DNA of 64,000 nucleotides from Vicinamibacterales bacterium (GTDB lineage Bacteria; Acidobacteriota; Vicinamibacteria; Vicinamibacterales; UBA2999): NCBI GenBank assembly GCA_965262505.1, contig CBDHFM010000012.1, positions 37,268 to 101,267 of the forward strand, read 5' to 3'. Shown piece by piece: positions 8,922 to 17,549 of this stretch (position 1 is its first letter; each line of letters starts with the position of its first letter). The notes under the pieces were generated by a model. It saw only the letters and a program-made list of their open reading frames with translations, ran no database searches and was not told where the DNA came from. The position numbers and the translations under genes were made by a program.

Positions 8922-10040
8922 CTACCGGTGTAGCGCGACCATTTGCCCGCGCTCGCCGTCGAGGTATTCGGCCCAGTCGTCCATCAGCCGGCGGCGGCGC
9001 TCGAACAGGTCGGACCGCGCGTAGGCCGCTTCGGTCTGGTTCCCGACGACGTGGGCCAGCGCCGCCTCGACCACCTCGCGCGGATGGTTCGTCAGTTCGG
9101 CGGCCCAGTCCCGGAACGACGACCGGAACCCGTGCGGCACGGCGGCCACCTTCAGGTTCTGCAAGAGCCGCGGCAGCCGCGTGATGCTGATCGGCTTGCC
9201 GCCCTGGCTCGGAAACACGAACGGACCGCGCCCGTCGCCGAGCCTTCGCGCGATGGTGAGAATCTCCGCTGCGCGCCCGGTGAGCGGAATCCGGTGCTCA
9301 CGCTTGGACTTCATGCGCCTCGCAGGAATGGTCCACACGCGGGCCGGCCGATCAATCTCAACCCACCGTGCGCCGCGCACTTCCCCCGACCGCGCGGCCG
9401 TGAGCACGAGGAACTCGAACACCAGCTTGACGGCCGGCGTGGCCCCCGACGCGCACACCGTCTCGACCGCCGCCGCCACGTCGCGATAGGGCAGCGCCCG
9501 CATGTGCTGGACGATATCCTGCTGCGGGCCGAGGACCTTCCCGAGCCGGTCGCACGGATTGTCGTCGCGCACGTGCATCGCGACCGCCCACTCCATCACG
9601 GCGTAGATACGCTGGCGAATGCGCCGCGCGGTCTCCGGTCGGACGTGCCAGACCCGCCGGAGCGTCTCGAGGATGTCAGCGCTCGTCACGTCGCACACCG
9701 GTACGTCACCGATATGCGGGAGCACGTGTCGCCTCAGGCTCGACAGCCAGTCCTGCGCATGCTGAGGATGGCGCCAGCCAGCGCGCTTGTCGTGCCAGAC
9801 CCGCTCGGCGGCGACGGCGAAGGTCGGTATCCCTTCGGTCCGCACCCTACCGGTCAGCGGATTACCACCCTCGCGGGCCAGCTTGCGGTTGGCGAACGCC
9901 TTCTCGCGCGCTTCGGCGAGCGAGACGAGCGGAAACCCGCCGAGTCCCAGCTCGCGCCGCCGGCCCAGGATCATGAGCCGTTGGACCCAGCTCCGCGCAC
10001 CAGTGGGTTGTACTTGGATATACAGGCCGTTGCCATCACA
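8922..10040 (-). CDS. P4-like tyrosine integrase IntB, 3' part (lacks first 32 codons and start)
   Basis: TAARSGE, HGFRSSFR, ALAH and AY catalytic motifs; frame is open upstream through CDGNGLY, then meets a TAA with no start codon. Confidence 0.85.
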   Translation of the reverse strand, partial: CDGNGLYIQVQPTGARSWVQRLMILGRRRELGLGGFPLVSLAEAREKAFANRKLAREGGNPLTGRVRTEGIPTFAVAAERVWHDKRAGWRHPQHAQDWLSSLRRHVLPHIGDVPVCDVTSADILETLRRVWHVRPETARRIRQRIYAVMEWAVAMHVRDDNPCDRLGKVLGPQQDIVQHMRALPYRDVAAAVETVCASGATPAVKLVFEFLVLTAARSGEVRGARWVEIDRPARVWTIPARRMKSKREHRIPLTGRAAEILTIARRLGDGRGPFVFPSQGGKPISITRLPRLLQNLKVAAVPHGFRSSFRDWAAELTNHPREVVEAALAHVVGNQTEAAYARSDLFERRRRLMDDWAEYLDGERGQMVALHR

Positions 10041-10102
10041 GCTACGGATATCATGAGTCCATTAGTATCAATTGCTGTGCATTTAATACCGTAACTATCT
10101 TA

Positions 10103-10184
10103 GTAATAAATAGTTATTACACAGTTAACGAAACGGTTTCTGGTTTTAACGTCCCACACAATCCTGATAGTTCTGCTATATAAT
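10103..10184 (+). promoter_or_regulatory. Operator and -10 box upstream of intA
   Basis: GTAATAAATAGTTATTAC (10103-10120); TATAAT (10179-10184) 6 nt before the ATG. Confidence 0.55.
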
Positions 10185-10190
10185 GGATGA

Positions 10191-11438
10191 ATGAATAGGG
10201 CGACCCCCACGGCAACTCCGCCGCGAAGAACCAAGCCCCGAGGCCGCCATCCCGACAAGGCGCTCTCGGCGGCGTTCGTGCGTGCCGCAGGGCCTGGGCG
10301 CTACTGTGACGGCCAAGGATTGTATCTCTTCGTCCAGCCGTCCGGGACCAGGAGCTGGGTCCAGCGGCTCGTCGTCCGCGGCCAGCGCCAGGAGATGGGA
10401 CTCGGCGGCATCGCGCTGGTGCCGCTCGCTGAAGCGCGCGAGAAGGCGCGCGCCAACCGCAAGCTGGCCCGCGAGGGCGGCGACCCGCTCGCCGAGAAGC
10501 GCCGGGCCGAGCGCACGCCGACGTTCGCCGACGCGGCCCGGCAGGTTGTGGCGCAGAAACGGGCCGGCTGGCGCCACGGCCGGCACCCGCAGAGCTGGCT
10601 GGCGAGCCTGGAGCGCTACGCCTTCCCCCGCATCGGCACGCGCCTGATCTCCGAGGTGACGAGCGCGGATGTCCTGGAGATCCTCACCCCCATCTGGCAC
10701 GCGAAGGCGCAGACCGCGCGGCGCGTACGCCAGCGCATCCGGGCGGTGTTGGAGTGGGCCGTGGCCATGGAGTTACGCGTGGACAACCCCTGTGACCGCA
10801 TCGGGCCGGTCCTGGGACCACAGCAGGCGCCGGTGGAGCACATGCGGGCGTTGCCGCACCACGACGTGCCGGCCGCCGTCGCAGCGGTGCGGGCATCAGC
10901 GGCAGCTCCTGCCGCCACGCTGGCGTGCGAGTGGCTCGTGTTGACCGCCGCGCGGTGGGGCGAGGTGCGCGGGGCCGAGTGGGCCGAGATCGACACGGCC
11001 GGCCGCGTGTGGACCATCCCGGCCGCGCGGATGAAGGCGAAGCGCCCGCACCGGGTGCCGCTGTCCCGCCGCACCGTGGAGATTCTCGAGGCGGCGCGGA
11101 CGCTCGTCGATGGCCGGAGCCTGCTGGTGTTCCCCGGCAGTGACGGGGCGCCGCTCCCTGAAAAGGCGCTACGGCGGCTGCTCCAGAATCAGCAGATCGC
11201 GGCCGTGCCGCACGGCTTCCGGTCCACCTTTCGAGACTGGGCCGCCGAGGAAACGAATCACCCACGCGAAGCGATCGAGGCGGCGCTGGCCCACATGGTG
11301 CAGAATCAGGTCGAGGCGGCGTACGCGCGATCGGACCTGTTCGAGCGCCGGCGGCGGCTGATGGACGACTGGGCGGCGGCGGTCAGCCAGCACCCAGTGT
11401 CCAGCAGCAGCGACGGCAGGCCGTACGCGACGACATGA
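10191..11438 (+). CDS. P4-like tyrosine integrase IntA, intact
   Basis: Arm-binding domain (LSAAFVR...GRYCDGQGLYL...SW) and catalytic R, HGFR, H and Y motifs. Confidence 0.92.
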   Translation: MNRATPTATPPRRTKPRGRHPDKALSAAFVRAAGPGRYCDGQGLYLFVQPSGTRSWVQRLVVRGQRQEMGLGGIALVPLAEAREKARANRKLAREGGDPLAEKRRAERTPTFADAARQVVAQKRAGWRHGRHPQSWLASLERYAFPRIGTRLISEVTSADVLEILTPIWHAKAQTARRVRQRIRAVLEWAVAMELRVDNPCDRIGPVLGPQQAPVEHMRALPHHDVPAAVAAVRASAAAPAATLACEWLVLTAARWGEVRGAEWAEIDTAGRVWTIPAARMKAKRPHRVPLSRRTVEILEAARTLVDGRSLLVFPGSDGAPLPEKALRRLLQNQQIAAVPHGFRSTFRDWAAEETNHPREAIEAALAHMVQNQVEAAYARSDLFERRRRLMDDWAAAVSQHPVSSSSDGRPYATT

Positions 11439-11537
11439 CAGCCGCTGGCGTGCTGTGGCGAGTATCAATGCGGAGCCGTGCCGCCCGACTGGCTCTGACC
11501 GTGTCCACGAACCGACGGTGAATCTCTGGAGGGAATC

Positions 11538-11672
11538 ATGCTACACGCGCTGCGCAGCACGCCCCAGCCCAGCTGGCCGGAACGCGCGCTCTCGAACGCC
11601 TTCGTCCGAAATGTCGCCCAGGCCGGCCGCTACTGTGATGGGGATAGCGAGCAGCTGGCAAGTGGTTCATAA
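11538..11672 (+). CDS. 5' piece of IntB (arm-domain N-terminus); missing from the ORF track
   Basis: Hand translation MLHALRSTPQPSWPERALSNAFVRNVAQAGRYCDG-DSEQLASGS*; GGAGGG RBS upstream. Confidence 0.8.
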   Translation: MLHALRSTPQPSWPERALSNAFVRNVAQAGRYCDGDSEQLASGS

Positions 11673-11918
11673 CACGACGCTTCCCGGCAGCGTACCGCAC
11701 CCGCTTCCCTCGACGTACCCCTCATCCTCAACAGGAACGTAGCGGACCGCGGTGGCCGTCCGCGGACGGCCGGCAACGACATCCACACGAACACCCCTGA
11801 GTCGGGCAGTATCCGGCCCAGGCCCGCTGACGCCTGGCGCCAGTACGGCGACGAGCGCCGACTCCCGTCGGCCGACCTCAGACGCAACCGCGCGCCGCGG
11901 CCAGGCGCCGGCGAACGC

Positions 11919-11939
11919 TACCCCTCAAGATACCCCTCA
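11919..11939 (+). repeat. Putative arm-type site pair, element A
   Basis: tacccctca twice with 12-bp period; matches 2189-2203. Confidence 0.6.
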
Positions 11940-12153
11940 CTGCCTCGCGGATGCCCCTGGACTCTCCCGGACGGCTTCATGCGCTCCTGGATCCGGATGT
12001 GGCGCTGGAGCGACCACGGAGCAGCCGATCTCCATGAGCCGACCAGAACCGGACAGAGGACGAGCTGACCAGCACGGCGGGACCGCCGGGGACACCCGCG
12101 GCACCAGCAGGACCCAAGCTGCGGAATCAATGCGGTGGGTCGTGGCTCCGAAC

Positions 12154-12191
12154 AAAAAAAAGGCGAGCGGACACCGAAGGTGCCGCTCGCC
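12154..12191 (-). terminator. Intrinsic terminator of surface-protein allele 2
   Basis: GGCGAGCGGCACC-TTC-GGTGTCCGCTCGCC followed by T8 on the minus strand. Confidence 0.85.
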
Positions 12192-12341
12192 GAAAAATCG
12201 CCGGGCACGAGCTGTGAGCACCGTTCCACGACCAGAACACTCGGGGACGCTCAGAAAAGCAAAGTGGAGATCCGGCGCAAACGCGCCGGGTCCCCCCCCT
12301 GCCCGATTACCCCCCCGGGCTCTCAGGAACGATGGGCTCGA

Positions 12342-14150
12342 CTAGCCCTGACTCTGACTCCGCCGCCGAAACAGCTGCCGCGCGCCGCCACCCATCAGGC
12401 CCAGCCCGAGCAGCCACTGCGCAATCAACGGTAGCGCTGGCACTGGCTCCGGCACCACCGGCTCCGCCTCTATGACCATCACGGGGAACGTGATTTCGGC
12501 GACGTTGGAGACCGTCTGACTTGGGATGAACGAGGGCGACGCCATTCGTGCCGTCGCGGTGACGGTGACCTTGGACTCGCCAGTCATATCCGATGACGCG
12601 GTGAGTGTGATGCGGTCGCCAGACGCTGACGCGCTGATCGAGTCGCCTTCCACCGAGGCGCCGAAGCTGGCGGTGTAGCCCTCAGCCTTATCGAACAGAT
12701 CGTCCGTCATGATCATGACGACAGACCCCGGGGCCACGGCGTCACCGACCGCCATCATGATCGCCTCGTACGCATCGTCCTTCACTGAAACCAGCGGCGC
12801 CGTCGTGTCCGTGACATTAATCGAGAACGTCCCGCTGGAGGTCCCACTGCCGTACGCCTTGCCACTGGGATCCTTGCCACCAGTGACATCAAGGCTCACC
12901 ATGAGCGTCTCCATGCCAATGTCCTCGTCAGGCACCGCCTCGAGCGTGAACGGACCGACCACCATCTCGCCGTCGCGCCCCTCCTCGCCATCGAACACCT
13001 TCATATTGGTCGGCATGATCCTCGCGTCGAGCACCTGGCTCCCGGAGAGGCTCGGCGTCACCGTGAAGTCCTCTTCGTCGAAGACGCGGTCGTCATCACC
13101 ATCCTCGTTCACCACCGTGACGTATAGAAAGGCCTTCCCGCCCTCCTCCACCATGGTGACGACCGCGTCAGTTTCCTTGCCGTCCGCATCCGCGCCGTTC
13201 GCCTCGCCGGTGATGTCGGTCGGCAACTGGTGAATATCGAGCACGGTGAGCGAATCGGAGGTGCCGACCGGATTGTTGCTCGCCACGGTTCCCGTGAGCG
13301 CGGTCAGCATGATGTCGTCGTCGGTTCTGTTCTCGTCGTTCCCCGGCGCCTTGACGCGGAGGACGTAGGACGCTTCTCCCGGGTTGTCCTCATCGCCGTC
13401 CCCCAGTATCAGCCCCATCCCAGGTATCGGAACGTCGGCCGCGGCGGTATTGACATACATGACCGTGTAGCCCTTCGGGGCCCGCAGGAAGACCGGCACA
13501 TGTTCCTGGGCGGGGAGGATGGGCTTCGCACTCAAGGTCACATTGAAGGTGCTGTCCTCCAAAACTTCGTCATCGGGCGTGGTCAGCTTGAACGTGTAGG
13601 TCTGCGTCTCGTCGTCAATGATCTTGCCGGTGGTGCTCGCTGTGCGCGCGTCCGTGTCACCGGTGATATCTCCGAGCACCATAAGCTCCGCGCGGATGGC
13701 GTATGCCTCATCGACCGCGTCCAGGTCGTCGTTCACGAGCAGCGTGATGGTCCCCGAGTCTTGGCCAACATTGATGGACACGGTCGGGCTCGCGAGAAGG
13801 AGATCCTTGGGGTTGACTTCATCGGAGTACTCGGCATTGCCCTTGCCGTTTGTGAGCTCGCCCGAGTCATTAACACCTAGCGTACTTGAAGCATCCGCCG
13901 TCGCTCCATGAGTCACTGTGACGGTAGCCGGGTCGTTACCTGTCACCTTGCCGGTGAGGGTCACCGTCACCGAGGTCGTGATGCCCTCGGCCACAGCGCC
14001 AGCGCTATTGGCCGCATCGACCTTCACTGACTTGATGCCGAGTGTTCCTTGCGCCAGCGTCGTCCCCGGGGACGCCGCCAGTAGTCCAGCCGCGGCCAGG
14101 GCCGTAAACCAGTAGCCCTTGCGCATAAAAGTTGATCTCGCTCCGTTCAT
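12342..14150 (-). CDS. IPTL-CTERM-like surface protein, allele 2 (most divergent)
   Basis: Same leader and C-terminal sorting signal as alleles 1 and 3; divergent body retaining DDETQ, PDEDIGME, TDDLFD and SQTVSN blocks. Confidence 0.85.
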   Translation of the reverse strand: MNGARSTFMRKGYWFTALAAAGLLAASPGTTLAQGTLGIKSVKVDAANSAGAVAEGITTSVTVTLTGKVTGNDPATVTVTHGATADASSTLGVNDSGELTNGKGNAEYSDEVNPKDLLLASPTVSINVGQDSGTITLLVNDDLDAVDEAYAIRAELMVLGDITGDTDARTASTTGKIIDDETQTYTFKLTTPDDEVLEDSTFNVTLSAKPILPAQEHVPVFLRAPKGYTVMYVNTAAADVPIPGMGLILGDGDEDNPGEASYVLRVKAPGNDENRTDDDIMLTALTGTVASNNPVGTSDSLTVLDIHQLPTDITGEANGADADGKETDAVVTMVEEGGKAFLYVTVVNEDGDDDRVFDEEDFTVTPSLSGSQVLDARIMPTNMKVFDGEEGRDGEMVVGPFTLEAVPDEDIGMETLMVSLDVTGGKDPSGKAYGSGTSSGTFSINVTDTTAPLVSVKDDAYEAIMMAVGDAVAPGSVVMIMTDDLFDKAEGYTASFGASVEGDSISASASGDRITLTASSDMTGESKVTVTATARMASPSFIPSQTVSNVAEITFPVMVIEAEPVVPEPVPALPLIAQWLLGLGLMGGGARQLFRRRSQSQG

Positions 14151-14191
14151 GAGTGTCGCTCCTTTGAGACTAGGGGGTAACGGTTACTTCT
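14123..14191. repeat. Direct repeat copy 2, junction between elements A and B
   Basis: Identical to 2055-2123. Confidence 0.85.
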
Positions 14192-14253
14192 TCTGTAAAC
14201 CTGATACGTGTAAGCCATTTGAAATGAATGATTTCTGCGGCTTGAATAGACCG

Positions 14254-14276
14254 GTTACCCACACCGTTACCCACAC
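14254..14276 (+). repeat. Putative arm-type site pair, element B left end
   Basis: gttacccacac twice with 12-bp period, after an AT-rich IHF-like spacer (taagccatttgaaatgaatgattt); matches 46016-46038. Confidence 0.65.
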
Positions 14277-14620
14277 TTCGAGCCCGACGCCAGAGGACGA
14301 CAAAAGCCGTTCGCGGACGCGAGCCGACCCTCACGCCTGCCGCCACGCCTTGGCAGACGGAGGCTGGGCGCACAACGCCGGATAGACCCCGGCGCCCTAC
14401 GGCACGCGGCCGTTACCGCATATCTGCTGGCCGTCGGTCGCCGACCGCCTCGACCTCGTTCTGGGCGGCGTGCGCCGCCGAGGAGGTGCTCACCGACAGG
14501 GAGGCAAGGGTTTTTCGTCGGGATCGGCTGGTGATCGCGCCGCCCCTCACGGTGCACAACAGGGCCGATCAGGTCCTATTGCGTCCCAACGGGCCTCTTG
14601 ATGTTTAGGTGGGTTATAAA

Positions 14621-14676
14621 GTGTAATAAATCTTTATTACACAATAGTTTACAAGTTTCATGCACCGGGCTAGACT
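14621..14676 (+). promoter_or_regulatory. Palindromic operator plus sigma70 promoter of alpA
   Basis: Perfect IR GTGTAATAAA-TC-TTTATTACAC (14621-14642); TTTACA, 17 bp, TAGACT. Confidence 0.7.
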
Positions 14677-14707
14677 GTCGTGGAAGGCCACCACCCAGGG
14701 AGGAACC

Positions 14708-14980
14708 ATGACCATGAGATTGCTCACGCTCAGGGACGTAACAGCGATCACCTCGCTGTCGCGGTCAGCCGTCTACGCCATGATGGCCGAGTCCCGTTTC
14801 CCGAAGCCCATCCGCATCGGGAGCCGTGCGGTCCGCTGGGTCGAGCAGGAAGTGCTCGACTTCATCGCCAGCCGTCCCCGCGGCGGCTCCGAGCGGACCG
14901 CCGCGTCGCCGGGATGCACGGCGATCGCCTCAGGCGCCCGGAACGGCCTGCACGGCCGTCCTCGACTTCCCGATGCATGA
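14708..14980 (+). CDS. alpA: AlpA-family regulator / probable RDF
   Basis: Paralog of 5119-5319; GGAGG RBS before ATG 14708; C-terminal extension. Confidence 0.85.
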   Translation: MTMRLLTLRDVTAITSLSRSAVYAMMAESRFPKPIRIGSRAVRWVEQEVLDFIASRPRGGSERTAASPGCTAIASGARNGLHGRPRLPDA

Positions 14981-15090
14981 CGCGAGGCCGGCACGCGTTA
15001 ACCGGTCCACGAGTGCCGAACGACCCCGACCCATGCACACGGCACACCCTCGCTCCAGGCACCCCGTACGACCTCGGGCCACAGCACCAG

Positions 15091-15124
15091 TCCTCCTCAC
15101 GCAAAGGTCCGCGCGGCCCACTTG
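15091..15124. repeat. 34-bp direct repeat duplicating the repressor 3' end
   Basis: tcctcctcacgcaaaggtccgcgcggcccacttg identical at 16174-16207. Confidence 0.9.
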
Positions 15125-15405
15125 TACGAGCACGGCTGGATCCGACCGGATGATGACCCGGCGCGGGCCAGGGTGCAGCAGCCCTGGCACTGCGCGTACG
15201 TCGAGGCGGCGCGGCGGCGGGTCGGGCTCGCGCGAGTGGTCGCCCCGCGTGACTTGATCCAGGACGACCTGTTGCGGTGCGTCGCGCGCGGCGCGGTGGC
15301 CTTGATCGGACGGCAGGAGGCGATTCTTGTGTTGTGGGACCGAACGGAAGACGGTTTGGTGCTGCGCGAGACTATAGCCACGTCGGCGTCTGATCGCGAC
15401 GCTGT

Positions 15406-15738
15406 TTATTCGAGGATGGTGGCGAGGCGATCCAGAACATCATCCATGATGTGCGCGGGAACGGTTTCGAGGCGCTTCCCCGTCCGGGCACCGAGATCGA
15501 GGGCGCGGGGCTGGTCGCAGCGGATCACGCCGCTCGTTCGGGTGCCTGCGCCCTCAAGAGACACTGTGAAGCCACGCCGACGAGCGAAGCTCCCCCCCGT
15601 GGTGATGGGCAGGACGACCGGCGTCCCGGTCAGCGTATTGAACGCGGCGGGGGACACGATCAGTACCGGCCGGGTCCCCTGTTGTTCATGGCCGGCCGTG
15701 GGATCAAGGCTGACAAGCCAGATGTCGCCTCGCTTCAC
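15406..15738 (-). CDS. pemK: PemK/MazF endoribonuclease toxin
   Basis: RGDIWLVSLDPTAGHEQQGTRPVLIVS and CDQPRALD. Confidence 0.92.
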   Translation of the reverse strand: MKRGDIWLVSLDPTAGHEQQGTRPVLIVSPAAFNTLTGTPVVLPITTGGSFARRRGFTVSLEGAGTRTSGVIRCDQPRALDLGARTGKRLETVPAHIMDDVLDRLATILE

Positions 15739-15995
15739 TACAACAGCTCGTTGCCGACCGGCTTGCCATCAATCCAGTCACGATCCTCGGCGGACAGGGT
15801 CGCGGTCTCGTCGCATTGTGCCAGCAGCTCATCAAGTGAGTAGCGACGACGCACCTTGGGCACGATGATGAGGCGATCGTTCTCCACAGCGATCTCCACC
15901 TTGGCCCCGACCCCGAGCTTCAGGAGGTTCAGAAGAGCCGGGGGCACTGCGAGCATGACGGAACCGCCGACCTTGCGCAGGTTGGTTGTATGCAT
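15738..15995 (-). CDS. pemI: PemI/MazE AbrB-type antitoxin
   Basis: MHTTNLRKVGGSVMLAVPP...YSLDELLAQCD; 1-bp overlap with the toxin gene. Confidence 0.9.
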   Translation of the reverse strand: MHTTNLRKVGGSVMLAVPPALLNLLKLGVGAKVEIAVENDRLIIVPKVRRRYSLDELLAQCDETATLSAEDRDWIDGKPVGNELL

Positions 15996-16179
15996 GGACG
16001 TGTTAATTATTATACATACATATAACTGACTAGGCCTGCACCGCAAGTTCCACTGAATCGTAGGCTCTGGATGAAGCCGCCCCCTGGTGATCGGGCGGGT
16101 GCGGTGATCGCGTTCTCAGCGTCGGCGTCGGTCCGAAGGTTGTCGATGTCGCTGACGAGAGCACTCCTCGGACTCCTCC

Positions 16180-16890
16180 TCACGCAAAGGTCCGCGCGGC
16201 CCACTTGACCTCCCCGACGACGACCGCGTCAGGCGGCCAGGGCCGCATAGGCCAGACGTGCGTGTTGGGATTGTCGCTGACGAGTTGCCAGGCGCCTGAC
16301 GCGTCCCGGCCGGCGCGCTTGACGACGAGGCCGTCGTCGGTGCGAACGACGAAGAGGTGTCCGACGCGGCGGCGCCGGCTGGCGTGGTTGACGAGGATCG
16401 AGCAGCCGTCGACCAGCGTCGGTTCCATCGACTCGCCGCTGACCTGGATGATGCGGCAGGTGCGGGCGACCAAGCCGTGGCGAGCGAGCCACGCCCGGCG
16501 AAACTTGATACGCCCGGTCACGCGCTCATGGTCGACGACGGCGCCGTCGCCGGCGGCCGAGGCCAGTTCGGAGACGCCGACGTAGTCGCCGTCATCGAAA
16601 GCTGTGGCGCGCGCGCGTGGGTCATCGAGGGTCTGTCCGGCCGTCGCGGCCGTGAGGGCGCGGAGGAGTTGATCGGCGGGTCTCGGGTCGTCGGTGAGTC
16701 CGTGCAGGTAGTCGGTCGACACGTCGAGCGCCCGGGCGGCCGTGGCGAGCTTGTCGAGCGCCCAGCCGGACTTGCCGCGCTCGACCATCGAGATCGCCTC
16801 TCTGGTGTTGACGGTTTTGGCGGCGAGCTGCCGCTGGGTGACGCCCCGCAAGGTGCGCGCATCGCGCAGCCGCTGTCCCATGAGGCTCAC
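16180..16890 (-). CDS. CI-like repressor (XRE HTH plus S24 peptidase)
   Basis: N-terminal HTH; AAG cleavage-type site; GESMEP and VVKR catalytic motifs. Confidence 0.88.
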   Translation of the reverse strand: MSLMGQRLRDARTLRGVTQRQLAAKTVNTREAISMVERGKSGWALDKLATAARALDVSTDYLHGLTDDPRPADQLLRALTAATAGQTLDDPRARATAFDDGDYVGVSELASAAGDGAVVDHERVTGRIKFRRAWLARHGLVARTCRIIQVSGESMEPTLVDGCSILVNHASRRRRVGHLFVVRTDDGLVVKRAGRDASGAWQLVSDNPNTHVWPMRPWPPDAVVVGEVKWAARTFA

Positions 16891-16954
16891 CTACATATAG
16901 TAATACAACTTTACAGTTGACGGGTAACTAAACAACGCGTAGCGTGGCCGGTAA

Positions 16955-17269
16955 ATGGACGTTACGCACACGCAGGCCGTTCGCGGCCGTCTGGCAACCC
17001 TGGGGGTGTCGCAACACGCGCTGGCGCGGGCGCTCGGCATCAGTCAAGCCACGTTGAGCCTGTGGCTGAACGGCTACCGCCAGCCGCCCACGGGGTTCGA
17101 GGCGGAGGCCGCCGCGGCGCTGGACCTGCTGGAGCAGGCGGAGCGCGCCGCGACCGAGGCGCGGGCGCAGGTGCTGGCAGGACGACGCACGCGTCGCGTC
17201 GGCGCGTGGCTGCCTCACGCGCGGCGGGCGCGGAGGACGACGGATGAATCGGTATCGGTACGACACTAA
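16955..17269 (+). CDS. Cro-like HTH protein divergent from the repressor
   Basis: GVSQHALARALGISQATLSLWLNG; 64-bp AT-rich intergenic region. Confidence 0.75.
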   Translation: MDVTHTQAVRGRLATLGVSQHALARALGISQATLSLWLNGYRQPPTGFEAEAAAALDLLEQAERAATEARAQVLAGRRTRRVGAWLPHARRARRTTDESVSVRH

Positions 17270-17333
17270 CACCGTGGACGCCGGCCGGCACACGGCCAGG
17301 CGCACACCCCGTCCCAGGAGAAAGGGGGTCGGC

Positions 17334-17549
17334 ATGATACGCACCATCACCGTGGACGGCGAGGATGCCCTCCACGTGGACACCGCCGAGGAACTGGGCC
17401 ACGCCCTCGTGAGCGGCCGGTACGTCGTCGCATCTCACGACGTGCTCGCCGAGTACGGGATCACCGACATGCACAATTCCGACACGCAGGAGATCGTCGA
17501 CGGGGCCGATTGGCGCGATGACACGTGGCGCACTGAGGGCGGGAACTGA
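17334..17549 (+). CDS. Small acidic hypothetical protein
   Basis: Purine-rich RBS; stop overlaps the ardC start (TGATG). Confidence 0.5.
   Translation: MIRTITVDGEDALHVDTAEELGHALVSGRYVVASHDVLAEYGITDMHNSDTQEIVDGADWRDDTWRTEGGN

Larger units (their letters stand above)
10033..11641. other. Predicted invertible segment A carrying intA and the 5' piece of intB
   Basis: Inverted ctgtgatgg at 10033-10041 (minus) and 11633-11641 (plus); inversion joins AGRY to CDGNGLY in frame. Confidence 0.8.
2124..14191. mobile_element. Integrative mobilisable element A (about 12.1 kb; reduced relative of element B)
   Basis: Bounded by the direct repeats; contains alpA, a T4CP, two P4-like integrases, arm-like repeats and a virB8 remnant. 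Confidence 0.75.

Noticed and set aside
8922-11438. RIT element or shufflon
   Set aside because: RIT elements have three co-oriented recombinases, and shufflons have multiple sites exchanging C-termini. Here one site pair splits an integrase.
12200-12340. Hammerhead ribozyme in the 3'UTR (CUGAGAG next to a stem)
   Set aside because: Allele 3 has CUGAAAG and no GAAA follows the stem, so the catalytic core is not conserved.
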